NCBI GenBank assembly: GCA_965248535.1
Contig: CBDFJR010000002.1
Coordinates: 640,001-704,000, forward strand
From: Phormidesmis sp.
Lineage (GTDB): Bacteria; Cyanobacteriota; Cyanobacteriia; Leptolyngbyales; Leptolyngbyaceae
DNA length: 64,000 nucleotides
Direction of reading: 5' to 3'
Under the pieces are notes generated by a model. That model had not been told where the DNA came from. It made no database searches and worked only from the letters and a program-made list of their open reading frames with translations. Shown one piece after another: positions 10,154 through 20,910 of the stretch. A program made the translations under genes and the position numbers. Numbering within the stretch: the stretch's first letter is position 1; each line of letters opens with the position of its first letter.

Positions 10154-11680
10154 ATGTCTTCTTCTGGTCGCTTTCAAAGCCGCTTCTTTAACGTTGTCTC
10201 GCATCAAGCTCAAAAAATAGCTGACCAGACCAAGAAGGCAGCGCGTCATCTCAAAGTCGCGACCCTTTGGGGAACGCAAATTTTGCTCTACCCCATCTAT
10301 GTTTTGTTTCAGTCAACTCGACTGATTGGGCAACAGATTGGACGAACCGTGCAGCGATCGCTCCTCCGCCTCCGTCTCAGCAACGTGATTCCGCAGCTAT
10401 CAGACCCGTCTCCGATCGCTGATTTAACCGTTGACACTCCGATTCAGCGCGTGTTGACGGCGATTCAAGACAGTTGGCTGCTGGCTGGCGCAACTTCATC
10501 TCATCTGGCAAAACTCGACCGCGATCGCTCCCTCATTGTCTCGGTTGCTGGGTCGGCTGTCACCATTCAAGGCATTGCCTCTCTGATCTCTACGGGCAAA
10601 CTTGTTTTAGTCACGATCGAAAATCAGGTGATGGATGTGCTGACGATCGAGCAGCAAACCCATCTCAAACAGCGCATCATCTGGGAGATGGCCAACTATT
10701 GGCGATATTGGCGGCGGCATTATATTGCCCCAACCCGTTCTCTGCGCTTGTTGCCCCTCGAAGACCGCCCGACGCTGCTGCCGCCCGTGCGAGTTTTTAG
10801 GCAACTGATGGCATGGGTGCAGAGTGGCCCGATCGCCGTTGCGGCCAATCTCTTTCAAGAATCAGATCTGACCGTTGAGCCAGCCCCGCTAGACTGGTTT
10901 TCGGCTGATTTAACGCTGTCTGAGTTTAGCCCAGCAGTCCTCACAGGCAACCTTCCGACCACTTCTAATCTGGCAAAGCTGATCCAACAACTGCCCTCGA
11001 TCGTAGATATGGAATCTCTGGTTTGGGCAGCCATCCGCTATTTTTTTGGAGAGCGTCCTCAAAGGCAGCTAGACTCAGGCATCGCCGAGATCGCATCAGC
11101 CGCCAATCCTCTGTGGCTCACTTCTGAAGACGTGTTTGGCACCGTTGCGGCGCTTCGAGGCGCAACCCCCCGATCGTCCCTCAGCGGAAAATCCGCAGCC
11201 GTGCAGATTGAGAAAACCTTTGTGCCCCTAGCTTATTTGTCGGCTCAAAAAGCTCATTTGTCGGCTCGAAAAGACTCTAAACCCCCTGCGCTGCCCTTTC
11301 AGAGAAACGTCACGATCGGAAGATCGCTGCAAAATTGGCTCAAGCGTTCCATCCCTCAGTCTAAAGCTCGCCCGCGATCGCGATCACCGTTGGCTCCCAT
11401 AAAAGCCAGCCCTCGTGAACTGGTGCGAACCACCCCTTCGCGGCCGTTAGCGCGGACAGAGGATCACGTTCAGTCTGCCATCTCCCGCGATCGCGAGCCA
11501 AGTCCAACGCTTCAGACATCGACTCGACCAACTGCATCAGACTATATCGACACGCAAGCCACCCCGATCGGCTATGTCAAATCTCCGCTGACCCGATTTT
11601 TAGAATGGCTCGATCGCGGCATGGTTTGGCTAGAAAATCAGTTGGCGGCCCTCTGGAATCTTCTGACTCGCCAGTCCTGA
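10154..11680 (+). CDS. Hypothetical protein (cyanobacterial type)
   Basis: 508-aa ORF with conserved-looking N- and C-termini (LLYPIY; GYVKSPL..LEWLDR). Confidence 0.7.
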   Translation: MSSSGRFQSRFFNVVSHQAQKIADQTKKAARHLKVATLWGTQILLYPIYVLFQSTRLIGQQIGRTVQRSLLRLRLSNVIPQLSDPSPIADLTVDTPIQRVLTAIQDSWLLAGATSSHLAKLDRDRSLIVSVAGSAVTIQGIASLISTGKLVLVTIENQVMDVLTIEQQTHLKQRIIWEMANYWRYWRRHYIAPTRSLRLLPLEDRPTLLPPVRVFRQLMAWVQSGPIAVAANLFQESDLTVEPAPLDWFSADLTLSEFSPAVLTGNLPTTSNLAKLIQQLPSIVDMESLVWAAIRYFFGERPQRQLDSGIAEIASAANPLWLTSEDVFGTVAALRGATPRSSLSGKSAAVQIEKTFVPLAYLSAQKAHLSARKDSKPPALPFQRNVTIGRSLQNWLKRSIPQSKARPRSRSPLAPIKASPRELVRTTPSRPLARTEDHVQSAISRDREPSPTLQTSTRPTASDYIDTQATPIGYVKSPLTRFLEWLDRGMVWLENQLAALWNLLTRQS

Positions 11681-11793
11681 CGCGGCATCCTTCACTTTTT
11701 CATAATAATTGAACCCCTCTTTAGGTAATATATAAAGACGATGCCGTCCCTAACGGAACTTTTCGCGCCTTTAATCACTCTGGAGTTATCAGC

Positions 11794-11910
11794 ATGGTGA
11801 CACTCAAAATCGTTGTTTATATCGTTGTTACCTTCTTTTCACTGCTATTTATTTTTGGATTTCTATCCAGTGACCCCTCCCGGAACCCTAAGCGGAGAGA
11901 TTTGGAATAA
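11794..11910 (+). CDS. psbI: Photosystem II protein PsbI (38 aa, not in ORF track)
   Basis: Hand translation: [42 protein letters not shown] lies upstream. Confidence 0.97.
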   Translation: MVTLKIVVYIVVTFFSLLFIFGFLSSDPSRNPKRRDLE

Positions 11911-11934
11911 CCTCCAAACCTTTCCCGCAAGGTC

Positions 11935-11963
11935 AGAGGGCAGTCCATTACTGTCCTCTTTTT
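11935..11963 (+). terminator. Rho-independent terminator after psbI
   Basis: AGAGGGCAGT-CCATT-ACTGTCCTCT followed by TTTT. Confidence 0.7.
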
Positions 11964-12012
11964 CATTCTGGCGCGGGATTTGTCAGGCGTTTCGATCGAG
12001 TAGCTTTAGCGT

Positions 12013-14250
12013 ATGCCTTTCCCGGTTCCGCCCCCTGCACCCCCTTTTATCAGTGCTCCTTCTCGGTTTAGCCCGGTGACGCTGCCCACGGTGCCCTCTT
12101 CTCAGGTTTTAGAGTCAGCCCAACCGACCCTAACAGAATCTGTCAAACCCGCCCCACCCGAAGTTTCGCCAGCCACCCTTGCTGATTTAAGCGCTCCAAA
12201 AACTCTGCGCGAGGCTGACTTTAGCGAGTTGGGTGATTCATCTTCGTCAGATTCGTCAACCTCGGCTCAAGCCCCGATTAGTCAGCCTTCGATTCCTCAA
12301 CTGCCGAGCCAGATCCCGCAGCCTGAGCTACCGATCGCTCCCTCTCCAGCACCGCCTAAGCCCGTTGCGCCTGCCAATATTCCAGTCAATCAACTCGGCA
12401 GAGAAGGGTTTTTAGAACTCAAAGCCGATCGTCAAGACTATGATGCAGGGCGACAAATTTTTACCGCCGAAGGAAATGTCTCTCTCAAATTCCGAGGGGC
12501 GCTGCTGACGGGCGATCGCGTTCAGGTCAATTTGCTCAATCGGCTCACCGTCGCTGAAGGCAATGTAGTGCTGACCAGAGGGCAACAAATCCTACGTGGT
12601 CAGCGATTTCGCTATAACCTGATTCAAGAAGAAGGGATCATTGAGCGAGCGTCGGGCGATGTGTTTTTGCCCAACACCGCCACTGACTTTAACCCCAGTT
12701 TGCCGACTGATATCACCGCAGGCACCGTGCCCGGACGATCGGTGGGCGATCGCAACACCGCCGTTCAGCCTAGTCAGGTGTCTAGTCCGGGTGGGGTCAA
12801 CTTTACGTTAGGGTCACGGCGCAACGTCGCGGGGTCATCCGTCGTGCCCCGACCTGGCGGAGATGTCAGACGAGTGCGGTTTGAAGCCGACGAGATTGAG
12901 TTTTATCCCGAAGGGTGGCGCGCTAAAAAGATTCGTCTCACTAATGATCCGTTTTCGCCACCAGAGCTAGAAGTGCGCGCAGAACGGGCAGAACTGACTC
13001 GCCTCTCGCCCCTGCGGGACGAACTGGTGGCAACTCACCCTCGATTGGTGTTTGATCAGCGATTTTCACTGCCGCTATTGCGAAATCGAGTCATCTTCGA
13101 TCGCAGTCAGCGTCAGCCCGCGCTGGTTAATTTTGGACTCGACACCGAAGATCGCGGCGGCGTGTTTTTAGAGCGAGAAATTCCAGTCATTCCTCAAGGC
13201 CCGGTGCAGTTTACGCTCACTCCGCAGTTTCTGATTCAACGGGCGATCTCTAACGGCGGCAACCCCTTTAACCCAGATAACTTTGGGCTAAAGAGTAATT
13301 TTTTAGCGCAGATCACCCCTAGAACTCAAGTTCGTGCGGTTGGAGTGCTGACGAGTCTAGATTTGGGCAAAGTTGAAACCAATTTGCGGGCCAGCCTCAG
13401 AGCGCAGCAGCTAATCGGCACCCACACTTTAAGTTTAGAAGCGAGCTATCGCGATCGCTTGTTCAACAATTCCCTAGGCTTTCAAGACATTCAAAGCAGC
13501 ATCGGGGCGCTGTTCTTTTCACCGATCATTCCGCTGGGCGACACGGGCATTAATCTCAGCTATCAGGTGGGCTATCAATATGTGAATGCTGACACCGATC
13601 GGGCTGACCTTCTAGAGCCGATCCGTCGCAATAATCGCATTAGTTTAGGGCGGTTTCAAGCCAGTGCAGCCTTGAGTCGGGGCTTTTTGCTCTGGCAAGG
13701 CACCCCAGCCCCAGCCACCCCCACTGAAGGGCTGCGCTATTCTCCTAACCCGGTGGTTCCTTATCTATCGGTTGCCCTCGGCTTAACAGGAGTAGGCACA
13801 TCTTATAGCAATGGCGATCGCCAAAATAATTTGAATGGCAGTGTTTCTCTGTTTGGGCAGGTTGGTCATTTCTCTCGCCCATTTTTAGACTACACCGCGT
13901 TTAATCTCACCTATACCCAGGTGGTGCGATCGGGTCTCTCGCCCTTTTTGTTCGATCGGGTTGCCGATGATCAGATTCTCTACGCAGGCATCACCCAGCA
14001 AATCTACGGCCCGTTTCGCCTCGGCTTCCAGACGGTTTATAACGTGCAGACGGGTCGAGAAATCAGCACCGACTATCTTTTAGAATATAGCCGTCGCACC
14101 TATAGCGTAGGGTTGCGCTACAACCCCGTGCAGCAGCTTGGCTCAGTCAGCTTGCGGATCAGCGACTTTAACTGGACAGGCGGCGACGAAGCCTTTAACG
14201 GCAGCGGCGTGATTCCGGTGCAGGGTGGCGTGATTCGTCCGTCTCAGTAG
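12013..14250 (+). CDS. DUF3769 / LptD-like outer-membrane protein
   Basis: Pro-rich N-terminus, OstA-like segment (ADRQDYD..AEGNV), TNDPFSPPEL, beta-rich C-terminus (EYSRRTY..RYNP). Confidence 0.8.
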   Translation: MPFPVPPPAPPFISAPSRFSPVTLPTVPSSQVLESAQPTLTESVKPAPPEVSPATLADLSAPKTLREADFSELGDSSSSDSSTSAQAPISQPSIPQLPSQIPQPELPIAPSPAPPKPVAPANIPVNQLGREGFLELKADRQDYDAGRQIFTAEGNVSLKFRGALLTGDRVQVNLLNRLTVAEGNVVLTRGQQILRGQRFRYNLIQEEGIIERASGDVFLPNTATDFNPSLPTDITAGTVPGRSVGDRNTAVQPSQVSSPGGVNFTLGSRRNVAGSSVVPRPGGDVRRVRFEADEIEFYPEGWRAKKIRLTNDPFSPPELEVRAERAELTRLSPLRDELVATHPRLVFDQRFSLPLLRNRVIFDRSQRQPALVNFGLDTEDRGGVFLEREIPVIPQGPVQFTLTPQFLIQRAISNGGNPFNPDNFGLKSNFLAQITPRTQVRAVGVLTSLDLGKVETNLRASLRAQQLIGTHTLSLEASYRDRLFNNSLGFQDIQSSIGALFFSPIIPLGDTGINLSYQVGYQYVNADTDRADLLEPIRRNNRISLGRFQASAALSRGFLLWQGTPAPATPTEGLRYSPNPVVPYLSVALGLTGVGTSYSNGDRQNNLNGSVSLFGQVGHFSRPFLDYTAFNLTYTQVVRSGLSPFLFDRVADDQILYAGITQQIYGPFRLGFQTVYNVQTGREISTDYLLEYSRRTYSVGLRYNPVQQLGSVSLRISDFNWTGGDEAFNGSGVIPVQGGVIRPSQ

Positions 14251-14344
14251 CGAATAGCTCGTGTTGTGTGAAACTAATCTAAACTCAAGGCAGACCCGAT
14301 TGTGAATTCCCATCTCAAGGGAGCTGCGGCTGCGACTCACGTTT

Positions 14345-14965
14345 ATGACGGAACTGGCAAAAAGTATTCAAGAAGCCGAAAAAAGTGCGATCGTCTACGC
14401 CACCGATCTGCTAACTCACTATAGTTTTGAGTTGGGCGATCGCACGGTTGGCCAGCTTACCCAGCATTGGCTCAAAGACTTTTCGGCGGGTTGGATTCGA
14501 TTAGCCGTGATCGAAGCGCTCTATCAAGGACGCTATAAAGCGGTGTCGGTTGACCAAATTTTGCTGCTCTGGAAGCGCCGCAGCCAGCCCTGCTATCACT
14601 TTAACTATGAGTTTGAGCGGTTGGTGTGCAACAAGTTTCCTAGAGATCTGAGTCAGCGATCGGGGTCAGTTTTAGCGATCGCGCTAGACCCATCTCACCG
14701 AGAAGAAGTCCTGTCCCTTGCCTCTGCTGACCCTGCAAATCTTGAAGCAGAAGTCGCTGGCTCGATCGAGCCAGCCGCCGATCTCATTTCTAAGCAGCCT
14801 GCCGCAGCCGTTGAAGCGTCAGAGTTGAGTTTAATGGCAGCGATCGTAGAGATTGAAGAGTCACAGCCCCCCATTCACCAGTTCACGCCCCCCAGCCCCA
14901 ACGGGTCAGACTTTCACAGCAAACTAAAAGCCGTTGCAGAAAGCGGCAGCGAAGAACCTGTCTAA
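14345..14965 (+). CDS. Conserved hypothetical protein
   Basis: WIRLAVIEALYQGRYKAVSV..IL..W.RR motif. Confidence 0.7.
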   Translation: MTELAKSIQEAEKSAIVYATDLLTHYSFELGDRTVGQLTQHWLKDFSAGWIRLAVIEALYQGRYKAVSVDQILLLWKRRSQPCYHFNYEFERLVCNKFPRDLSQRSGSVLAIALDPSHREEVLSLASADPANLEAEVAGSIEPAADLISKQPAAAVEASELSLMAAIVEIEESQPPIHQFTPPSPNGSDFHSKLKAVAESGSEEPV

Positions 14966-15070
14966 GATCAACCCTCCCACATTCAATCAAACCGACCTAG
15001 GGGCATGGCATTGCTCTGGCCATCGTCGTTGCACAGAACCAAACGATTGATTGCCCATCCAAATTAAGAC

Positions 15071-15628
15071 TCAAGAAGAACTCGTCGCTTGATCCGCCGC
15101 TTTTTCGGGTGGTTTAGCAACGCCCATCCGCACTTCAGAACAAAAAGAAGTCATGCTAAAGCCGCCAAACCGTTTGAGAATGCTGTGACGCAACCGCACA
15201 TTTGGGCTTTCAAACCAAAACCGCTCTTTAGAAGACATTGACCCATCTTCACGGGTGAGAATCAGTTCTTCGCCATTCATGAGATAGCGACCTAAAACGG
15301 GCGTTTTCTCAGAGCCACCTCCGCGCAGCACTTGACCCTCGTTAGGCGTAGCCGGATCGCTCAGGGGCACCAACACCGTAGACCCTGAAGGTTTGGCTTC
15401 ACCCCCTTCCATCGTGCCGTTCCAAGTGACCCGAACCCCGCACAGCGCCGTAGTGGGATCGGCTTTATACCACTCACAGAGTTTAATCACTTCAGGGTTT
15501 GTCTTGTCGAGCACGTCAATCACAATATCTGACCTGCCCCCTTCTTGGTGTTTAACCGCCAAGTTGTGACTAGTCCGCAATGAAGACCACTTACCCGCGC
15601 TCTGCTGAAAAAACTCGACGATATCCAT
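15071..15628 (-). CDS. cpcS: CpcS/CpeS-family phycobiliprotein lyase
   Basis: MDIVEFFQQSAGKW.S.R..H, ERFWFESPNVRLR, SFCSEVRM. Confidence 0.85.
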   Translation of the reverse strand: MDIVEFFQQSAGKWSSLRTSHNLAVKHQEGGRSDIVIDVLDKTNPEVIKLCEWYKADPTTALCGVRVTWNGTMEGGEAKPSGSTVLVPLSDPATPNEGQVLRGGGSEKTPVLGRYLMNGEELILTREDGSMSSKERFWFESPNVRLRHSILKRFGGFSMTSFCSEVRMGVAKPPEKAADQATSSS

Positions 15629-15721
15629 GAATCAATGATCCTGTTCTAGCGGCTCATGCAATCATCTTAGATTTTAAGGGTTTAGAGGGGAAGTGGCAGG
15701 GATCGGGCCTAGTTTCTGCCC

Positions 15722-17515
15722 CTACTGCTCGATCGAGGCTTTTAACCCCCGGCTTGCCAGGGTTTGCAGAAGCTCATTTGCTTTTGCCTGATCGCCAAAG
15801 GCCCCCGCTTGCAGCAGAGTGCGCCCCTTGAGAGAAACCGTGAACGCACCGGGCACGATCGCTCTGACCTGGGCTTGCTCCCCCTCGCTCAGAGCTTCGA
15901 CGACGACGCGATAGCGCAACCCCAACGCAGTCGCCCGGCTCGGCAGCGAAGGAGGACTTCCTTCAGAATTTCTCGTGGCCGTTCGCCAAACGGGAACCGT
16001 GGGCATATCACCAACATTGCCGATCGGAGCGTCACCACCGGGCACCAACAGCACTCCCTGAGCATTGGATAGGGCGATCGTGGGAGCCACAGGCATCGCT
16101 GATCTAGCGGAGGCTGCTACAGGAGCCGAGGCAACCGAGCCAGACTCCGGCAGCGGCACCGGGATCTCGATCGCTCCGGTCGATGGGGCGGCATAATTCC
16201 TCCAAGACGGCGGCGCTGTCACAGGCAAGGCAGAACGGGTCGAGATCGCTTTCAGCGCTGGCAGACGAGCCGCACTCGTAGCTGCGGGTCTGGTGAAAAG
16301 CGGTGATCGCTGGGCTTCTGGCGCAGACGTTGTGGACGGGGGCACCGCGATCGTGATCCTAGGCGACTGAGCACGGGGAATCTGCTGCCCAACCCCGATC
16401 GACGAGGCAACGTTAATCGGCACTGCCACGGGCATCTCGGCGACTGAGGCCGTTCCTGACAAATCTAGTTTGCCATTGGTTTTAGCGGCGGCAATCTGAT
16501 TGCCGAAAGTGGGAATGGTCTCGCTGCTGGCCCGGCTGTTGATGTCAAACTGACCATTGTTTAAAAACGTGTTGTTGCCGGGGTCAGTGGCGGTGCCCAA
16601 ATTGGGACGCGCCCCCGCGATCGCCACCAGCCCATCGCGATCGTTGCCATCGATCACATTGTTGCGAAAAATCGGCTGTGCTCTGCCCTGAACGACAATG
16701 CCATCTTTGTTTTGAGTGATGCGATTGCCAGCAATGCGCGGGGCTGCATTTTGAGTGATGTTGATGCCAAAGCCCGTCTTCTCAAAGATGTTCTCGGTTA
16801 GCTCTGGGCGAGAGGTGCCATAGATGGTGATGCCGTTTGCCCCGTTTTGGTAAAAATAGTTATTGCGAAGAATGGGCGCACTGCTGCCCACCACTGAGAC
16901 TCCATCGTGGCCGCTGGCCGTAAACGTGTTGTCGCTCACCACGGGGCTAGTTGACTCTATCCACAGCCCATAGCCCTGATTGTGGGGATTAGTCACCGTG
17001 ACCCCGGTTAACCCGGCTTGGTTTGCGCCCACGATCGTCACATTTTGACGCGCAAAACTGCGGCTCAAAAATCCTCCACTGCCTTTGATGATCACTGCTT
17101 GACCGCGATCGCGTGGCTCTCCTTTAATCGTCGTTCCGGGCTTTAGCTGAAGCGGAAACGTCTCGCCTGTCTCAGCGCTATAGGTGCCGGGTGCTAACAC
17201 AATAATGGTGTTAGGCTGCACCACACGCAGGGCTTGCGTAATCGTTTTGAGCGGTGCCTGCTCACTGCCGCTGTTGGTGTCAGTCCCGATCGTGGAGTTG
17301 ATAAACAGCAGACTATACGATGCCTGACCGCTAGGCATCTGAGCAATCTGCAAAGGCACCTGAGCCGCGACAGACTGACCCATCAGCACCGCACCGCACA
17401 GCAGCGAAAGGGTGATCAAGGTTCTCAGGGTGACGGTTTGGTTCCAGGGGTCTCTTAGAGAGACGATCGTTGACAGATAGAGGGGGCGATCGATTCGAGC
17501 AGGAAACCAACTCAC
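15722..17515 (-). CDS. DUF1565 / parallel beta-helix secreted protein with SPOR-like C-terminus
   Basis: PLKTITQAL, LAPGTYSAETGETFPL, beta-helix repeats, LQAGAF. Likely GTG start at 17515 behind AGGAG. Confidence 0.78.
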   Translation of the reverse strand: MSWFPARIDRPLYLSTIVSLRDPWNQTVTLRTLITLSLLCGAVLMGQSVAAQVPLQIAQMPSGQASYSLLFINSTIGTDTNSGSEQAPLKTITQALRVVQPNTIIVLAPGTYSAETGETFPLQLKPGTTIKGEPRDRGQAVIIKGSGGFLSRSFARQNVTIVGANQAGLTGVTVTNPHNQGYGLWIESTSPVVSDNTFTASGHDGVSVVGSSAPILRNNYFYQNGANGITIYGTSRPELTENIFEKTGFGINITQNAAPRIAGNRITQNKDGIVVQGRAQPIFRNNVIDGNDRDGLVAIAGARPNLGTATDPGNNTFLNNGQFDINSRASSETIPTFGNQIAAAKTNGKLDLSGTASVAEMPVAVPINVASSIGVGQQIPRAQSPRITIAVPPSTTSAPEAQRSPLFTRPAATSAARLPALKAISTRSALPVTAPPSWRNYAAPSTGAIEIPVPLPESGSVASAPVAASARSAMPVAPTIALSNAQGVLLVPGGDAPIGNVGDMPTVPVWRTATRNSEGSPPSLPSRATALGLRYRVVVEALSEGEQAQVRAIVPGAFTVSLKGRTLLQAGAFGDQAKANELLQTLASRGLKASIEQ

Positions 17516-17823
17516 GACTTTTCTCCTAGACACGGCTTGCAGATAAATAACGTAACTGTAATGGGTGCGACTGAGCGGGCGCGACTGTTTGAGACTGGTA
17601 GAGCGCGAAAACAGTCCTTCAATTTTGTCTACAGATCTCTCAAACGAGACAAACTTTAAGAAACTTAACAAACGGGAACACAGAACAGCCGCTGGAGATC
17701 GGAGGATAAGGTAGGGACGTTTGCTGCGACGCGACGGCAAAATGATCGATCTGGAGTCCCCGATCGTGCCTCTAAGGTTCCTCTCTCTGACTGCTACGAT
17801 GAAAAATTCATGGGTTTGTTCCG

Positions 17824-18942
17824 ATGGGCAACACACACAGCCGCAGCCAATTTGCACACCCTGCACTGTATCGAATTTTGGATGCTAACCTCGATCGCAC
17901 TCGCGAAGGGCTGCGCGTCATTGAAGAATGGTGCCGTTTTGGTCTCAACAATGCCCCACTCACTGAGCGCTGCAAATCTCTGCGACAAGAACTGGCTCAG
18001 TGGCACACGCCTCAACTTCGTGCCGCCCGCAACACACCCGGCGATCTGGGCACTGAGTTAACCCATCCTCAAGAGGAAACGCGAGACAGCATCGAACACG
18101 TCTTGCAGGTCAATTTTTGCCGCATCGAAGAAGCCCTAAGAGTGCTCGAAGAATATGGCAAAGTCTATAGCATCGAGATGGCTGCCGCCGTTAAGCAGAT
18201 GCGCTATCAGGTCTACACCCTAGAGAGCAGCCTGATGTCCTATGAGCGTCACCAAACCTTAAGGCGATCGTCGCTCTATCTGGTCACGTCTCCCTCAGAA
18301 AATCTATTTGCCACGATCGAGGCGGCCCTAAAAGGCGGGTTAGCGATCGTGCAATATCGCGATAAAGAAACCGATGATCAGACGCGACTATCCAACGCCC
18401 GCAAGCTCCAACAGCTTTGTCAAGATTATGGAGCGCTGTTTATCGTCAACGATCGCGTAGATTTAGCCCTTGCGGTGAATGCGGATGGCGTTCATTTAGG
18501 TCAGCAAGATATGCCCCTTGATCTAGCCCGTCAACTGTTGGGGCCTCAGCGATTAGTCGGACGCTCTACGACTAACGCCAGTGAGCTAGAGCGCGCCATC
18601 GGCGAAGGGGCAGATTATGTCGGGGTCGGGCCGGTTTATCAAACCCCCACCAAAGAAGGCAAGGCAGCCGCCGGAATCGACTATGTAAAATATGCCGCAG
18701 AGCACTGCCCGATACCCTGGTTTGCGATCGGGGGCATTGACACCCACAATGTTCAAGACGTTCTCTCAGCCGGGGCACAGCGCATCTCGGTCGTTCGGGC
18801 GATTATGCAAGCCGACCAGCCCACCCTAGCGACGCAATATTTTCTGGCCCAGCTAAATCAGAAGCCGGGTCTTCACGGGAGCCGCAGAACCCTCTCAACG
18901 GGTCATTCATCCCCTTTAGCCACCGAGGATCTGTGGAGTTAG
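17824..18942 (+). CDS. thiE: Thiamine-phosphate synthase (long cyanobacterial form)
   Basis: RILDANLDR.REGLRV.EE N-domain; QYRDK, NDRVD, DGVHLGQ.D, TPTK, AIGGI. Confidence 0.93.
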   Translation: MGNTHSRSQFAHPALYRILDANLDRTREGLRVIEEWCRFGLNNAPLTERCKSLRQELAQWHTPQLRAARNTPGDLGTELTHPQEETRDSIEHVLQVNFCRIEEALRVLEEYGKVYSIEMAAAVKQMRYQVYTLESSLMSYERHQTLRRSSLYLVTSPSENLFATIEAALKGGLAIVQYRDKETDDQTRLSNARKLQQLCQDYGALFIVNDRVDLALAVNADGVHLGQQDMPLDLARQLLGPQRLVGRSTTNASELERAIGEGADYVGVGPVYQTPTKEGKAAAGIDYVKYAAEHCPIPWFAIGGIDTHNVQDVLSAGAQRISVVRAIMQADQPTLATQYFLAQLNQKPGLHGSRRTLSTGHSSPLATEDLWS

Positions 18943-18944
18943 TT

Positions 18945-19157
18945 ATGGCCGATCTCATCACCCTTCACGTTAATGGAGACCTGCACACCTGCCATGCTAG
19001 AACGCTGCTGCCCGACCTGTTGGAGCAATTGGGACTGAATCCCCGGTTGATTGCCGTAGAATATAATGGCGAGATTTTGCACCGTCAGTTTTGGACAGAA
19101 ACCGAAATTAAACCCGACGATCGCTTAGAGATTGTGACGATCGTGGGCGGTGGCTAA
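18945..19157 (+). CDS. thiS: Sulfur carrier protein ThiS
   Basis: VNG, IAVEYNGEIL, C-terminal IVTIVGGG; follows thiE. Confidence 0.93.
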   Translation: MADLITLHVNGDLHTCHARTLLPDLLEQLGLNPRLIAVEYNGEILHRQFWTETEIKPDDRLEIVTIVGGG

Positions 19158-19347
19158 GGTCGAGGGCGATCCTCTCGTTCGGTTATCTCCCCTCAAACTT
19201 GACCTATGAGACATTTCCAACCTCTAGGGAAGGCGATAAAGTAGAGAGGTAGGAATCGCTTAAGATTCGTAAAGAAATGTTAAGTTACCTACATTTGCTC
19301 ACCTCAGCCCAAATAGGCTGAGACAAGCCTAGATAGGTACAAAGGTT

Positions 19348-20319
19348 ATGAACCCAAAAACATCTTCCTTGATGAAATCCTTTTTGAAATCTTTAGTGGC
19401 GATCGGGCTGGTGATTGCCCTCGCAATGGGTCACGCTGACAGCGCTTTGGCGGCTCGCAGTGGCGGCCGCATCGGGGGCGGATCGTTTAGAGCACCTAGC
19501 CGCACCTATGCTCCTCCTAGTCGCACTGCCCCTGGCTATGGCGGCAGCTATGGTGGTGGCTATGGCGGCGGCTATGGCGGCGGGTTTGGGTTTCCCTTCA
19601 TCTTGCCGTTTATTGGTGGCGGCGGCTTTGGTGGGCTGTTTAGCGTGCTGATCTTTTTGTCGATCGCTGGGTTTTTAGTTCAAAGTTTCCGCCGCAATGC
19701 TGACGGGGGCGATGAGATGGGCTACACCAATCCTCCGGTATCGATCGCTAAAGTGCAGGTGGGGTTGCTAGCCGAAGCGCGCAATTTGCAGGCTGACCTC
19801 GATCGCATTGCTGAAAGAGCCAACACCAACACCAACGAAGGGTTGACCCAAGTCTTGCAAGAAACCACACTGGCAATGCTGCGTCACCCTGAATATTGGG
19901 TCTATGGAGCCGACGAATCTCAGCAAGCGCGCTTAGAAGCTGCCGAAGCGCAGTTCAATCGCCTGGCCCTATCTGAGCGCAGCAAATTCACAGCCGAAAC
20001 GCTGTCTAACGTCAACAATCAGCTTAAGCAAGGCTCTAGCGGCAGCGCTTTAGCGATCGCCGAAAAGGGTGGAGCCTTAGCTGAGTCTCAAGAGCCAGGT
20101 GAATATATTGTGGTGACGCTGATCGCCGCCACTCAAGGCAAGCTAGAACTGCCCCCGATCAATAGCTCAGAAGACTTGAGAAAAGCGTTGAGCCTATTGG
20201 GAGGAATTTCAAGCGATCGCCTCTTGGCCCTAGAGATCCTCTGGACTCCTCAAGCCGAGGGTGATGTCTTGACTCGCGATGATGTGATTGCTGAATATCC
20301 CAACTTGAAGCTAGTGTAA
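19348..20319 (+). CDS. DUF1517-domain protein (FLAP1-like)
   Basis: AARSGGRIGGGSF, Gly-rich segment, QVGLLA, LRHPEYW, EILWTPQ.EGD.L. Confidence 0.85.
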   Translation: MNPKTSSLMKSFLKSLVAIGLVIALAMGHADSALAARSGGRIGGGSFRAPSRTYAPPSRTAPGYGGSYGGGYGGGYGGGFGFPFILPFIGGGGFGGLFSVLIFLSIAGFLVQSFRRNADGGDEMGYTNPPVSIAKVQVGLLAEARNLQADLDRIAERANTNTNEGLTQVLQETTLAMLRHPEYWVYGADESQQARLEAAEAQFNRLALSERSKFTAETLSNVNNQLKQGSSGSALAIAEKGGALAESQEPGEYIVVTLIAATQGKLELPPINSSEDLRKALSLLGGISSDRLLALEILWTPQAEGDVLTRDDVIAEYPNLKLV

Positions 20320-20354
20320 TGTCAGTTTAGCCCAACCATTCTCGTGTTTAGACC

Positions 20355-20399
20355 GGGCTGAATGTAGACTAAACTGTCTAGGTTCAGCCCAAATTTTTT
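20355..20399 (+). terminator. Hairpin, probable terminator
   Basis: GGGCTGAA.TAGAC / GTCTA.TTCAGCCC stem followed by AAATTTTTT. Confidence 0.55.
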
Positions 20400-20414
20400 G
20401 CCATAAATCGATTA

Positions 20415-20864
20415 ATGGACACTGCAAACTTTCTCATCGTGGTGATTGCCATTAGCGCGGTTGCCGGAGTTGGAATTGGCTCAATGGTCTGGGCTTATGT
20501 GGGCGCAGGGAGTCGAGCCATTCTCTTTAAGGAGCCGATCGTTAAAGTCAGTTTAGATCAAAAAAACGAGGCCCTTCCGCCCTTTCAGCAGGGCATTGTT
20601 GAGTTTAGAGAAGGGCGTTATCTAGCGGCGATCGAGCACTTTACCCAAGCGATTCAGCTAGACCCCGCGATTGCAGAGATCTATCACGATCGGGGGTTAG
20701 CCTTTGCCAATTTGCGCCGCGATGATGATGCGACGTTTAACCTGGTTAAAGCCAGTGAGCTTTATTTAGAGCAGGGCGATCGAGACTCAGTGACGATCGT
20801 CAAACAAAATCTAGAGGCCCTCAAAGCGAGAAAGCAAGCGCGCGAAAAGGCGAATGCAAATTAA
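20415..20864 (+). CDS. Membrane-anchored TPR protein
   Basis: N-terminal TM segment; AIEHFTQAIQLDP..AEIYHDRGLA. Confidence 0.8.
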   Translation: MDTANFLIVVIAISAVAGVGIGSMVWAYVGAGSRAILFKEPIVKVSLDQKNEALPPFQQGIVEFREGRYLAAIEHFTQAIQLDPAIAEIYHDRGLAFANLRRDDDATFNLVKASELYLEQGDRDSVTIVKQNLEALKARKQAREKANAN

Positions 20865-20910
20865 TCAATTAATTCAGTTACTTTACCAATTTGCGCCGCC
20901 TAATCTCCGA

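Noticed and set aside
17530..17823. TPP riboswitch upstream of thiE
   Set aside because: No recognisable CTGAGA...ACCTG core in the expected arrangement.
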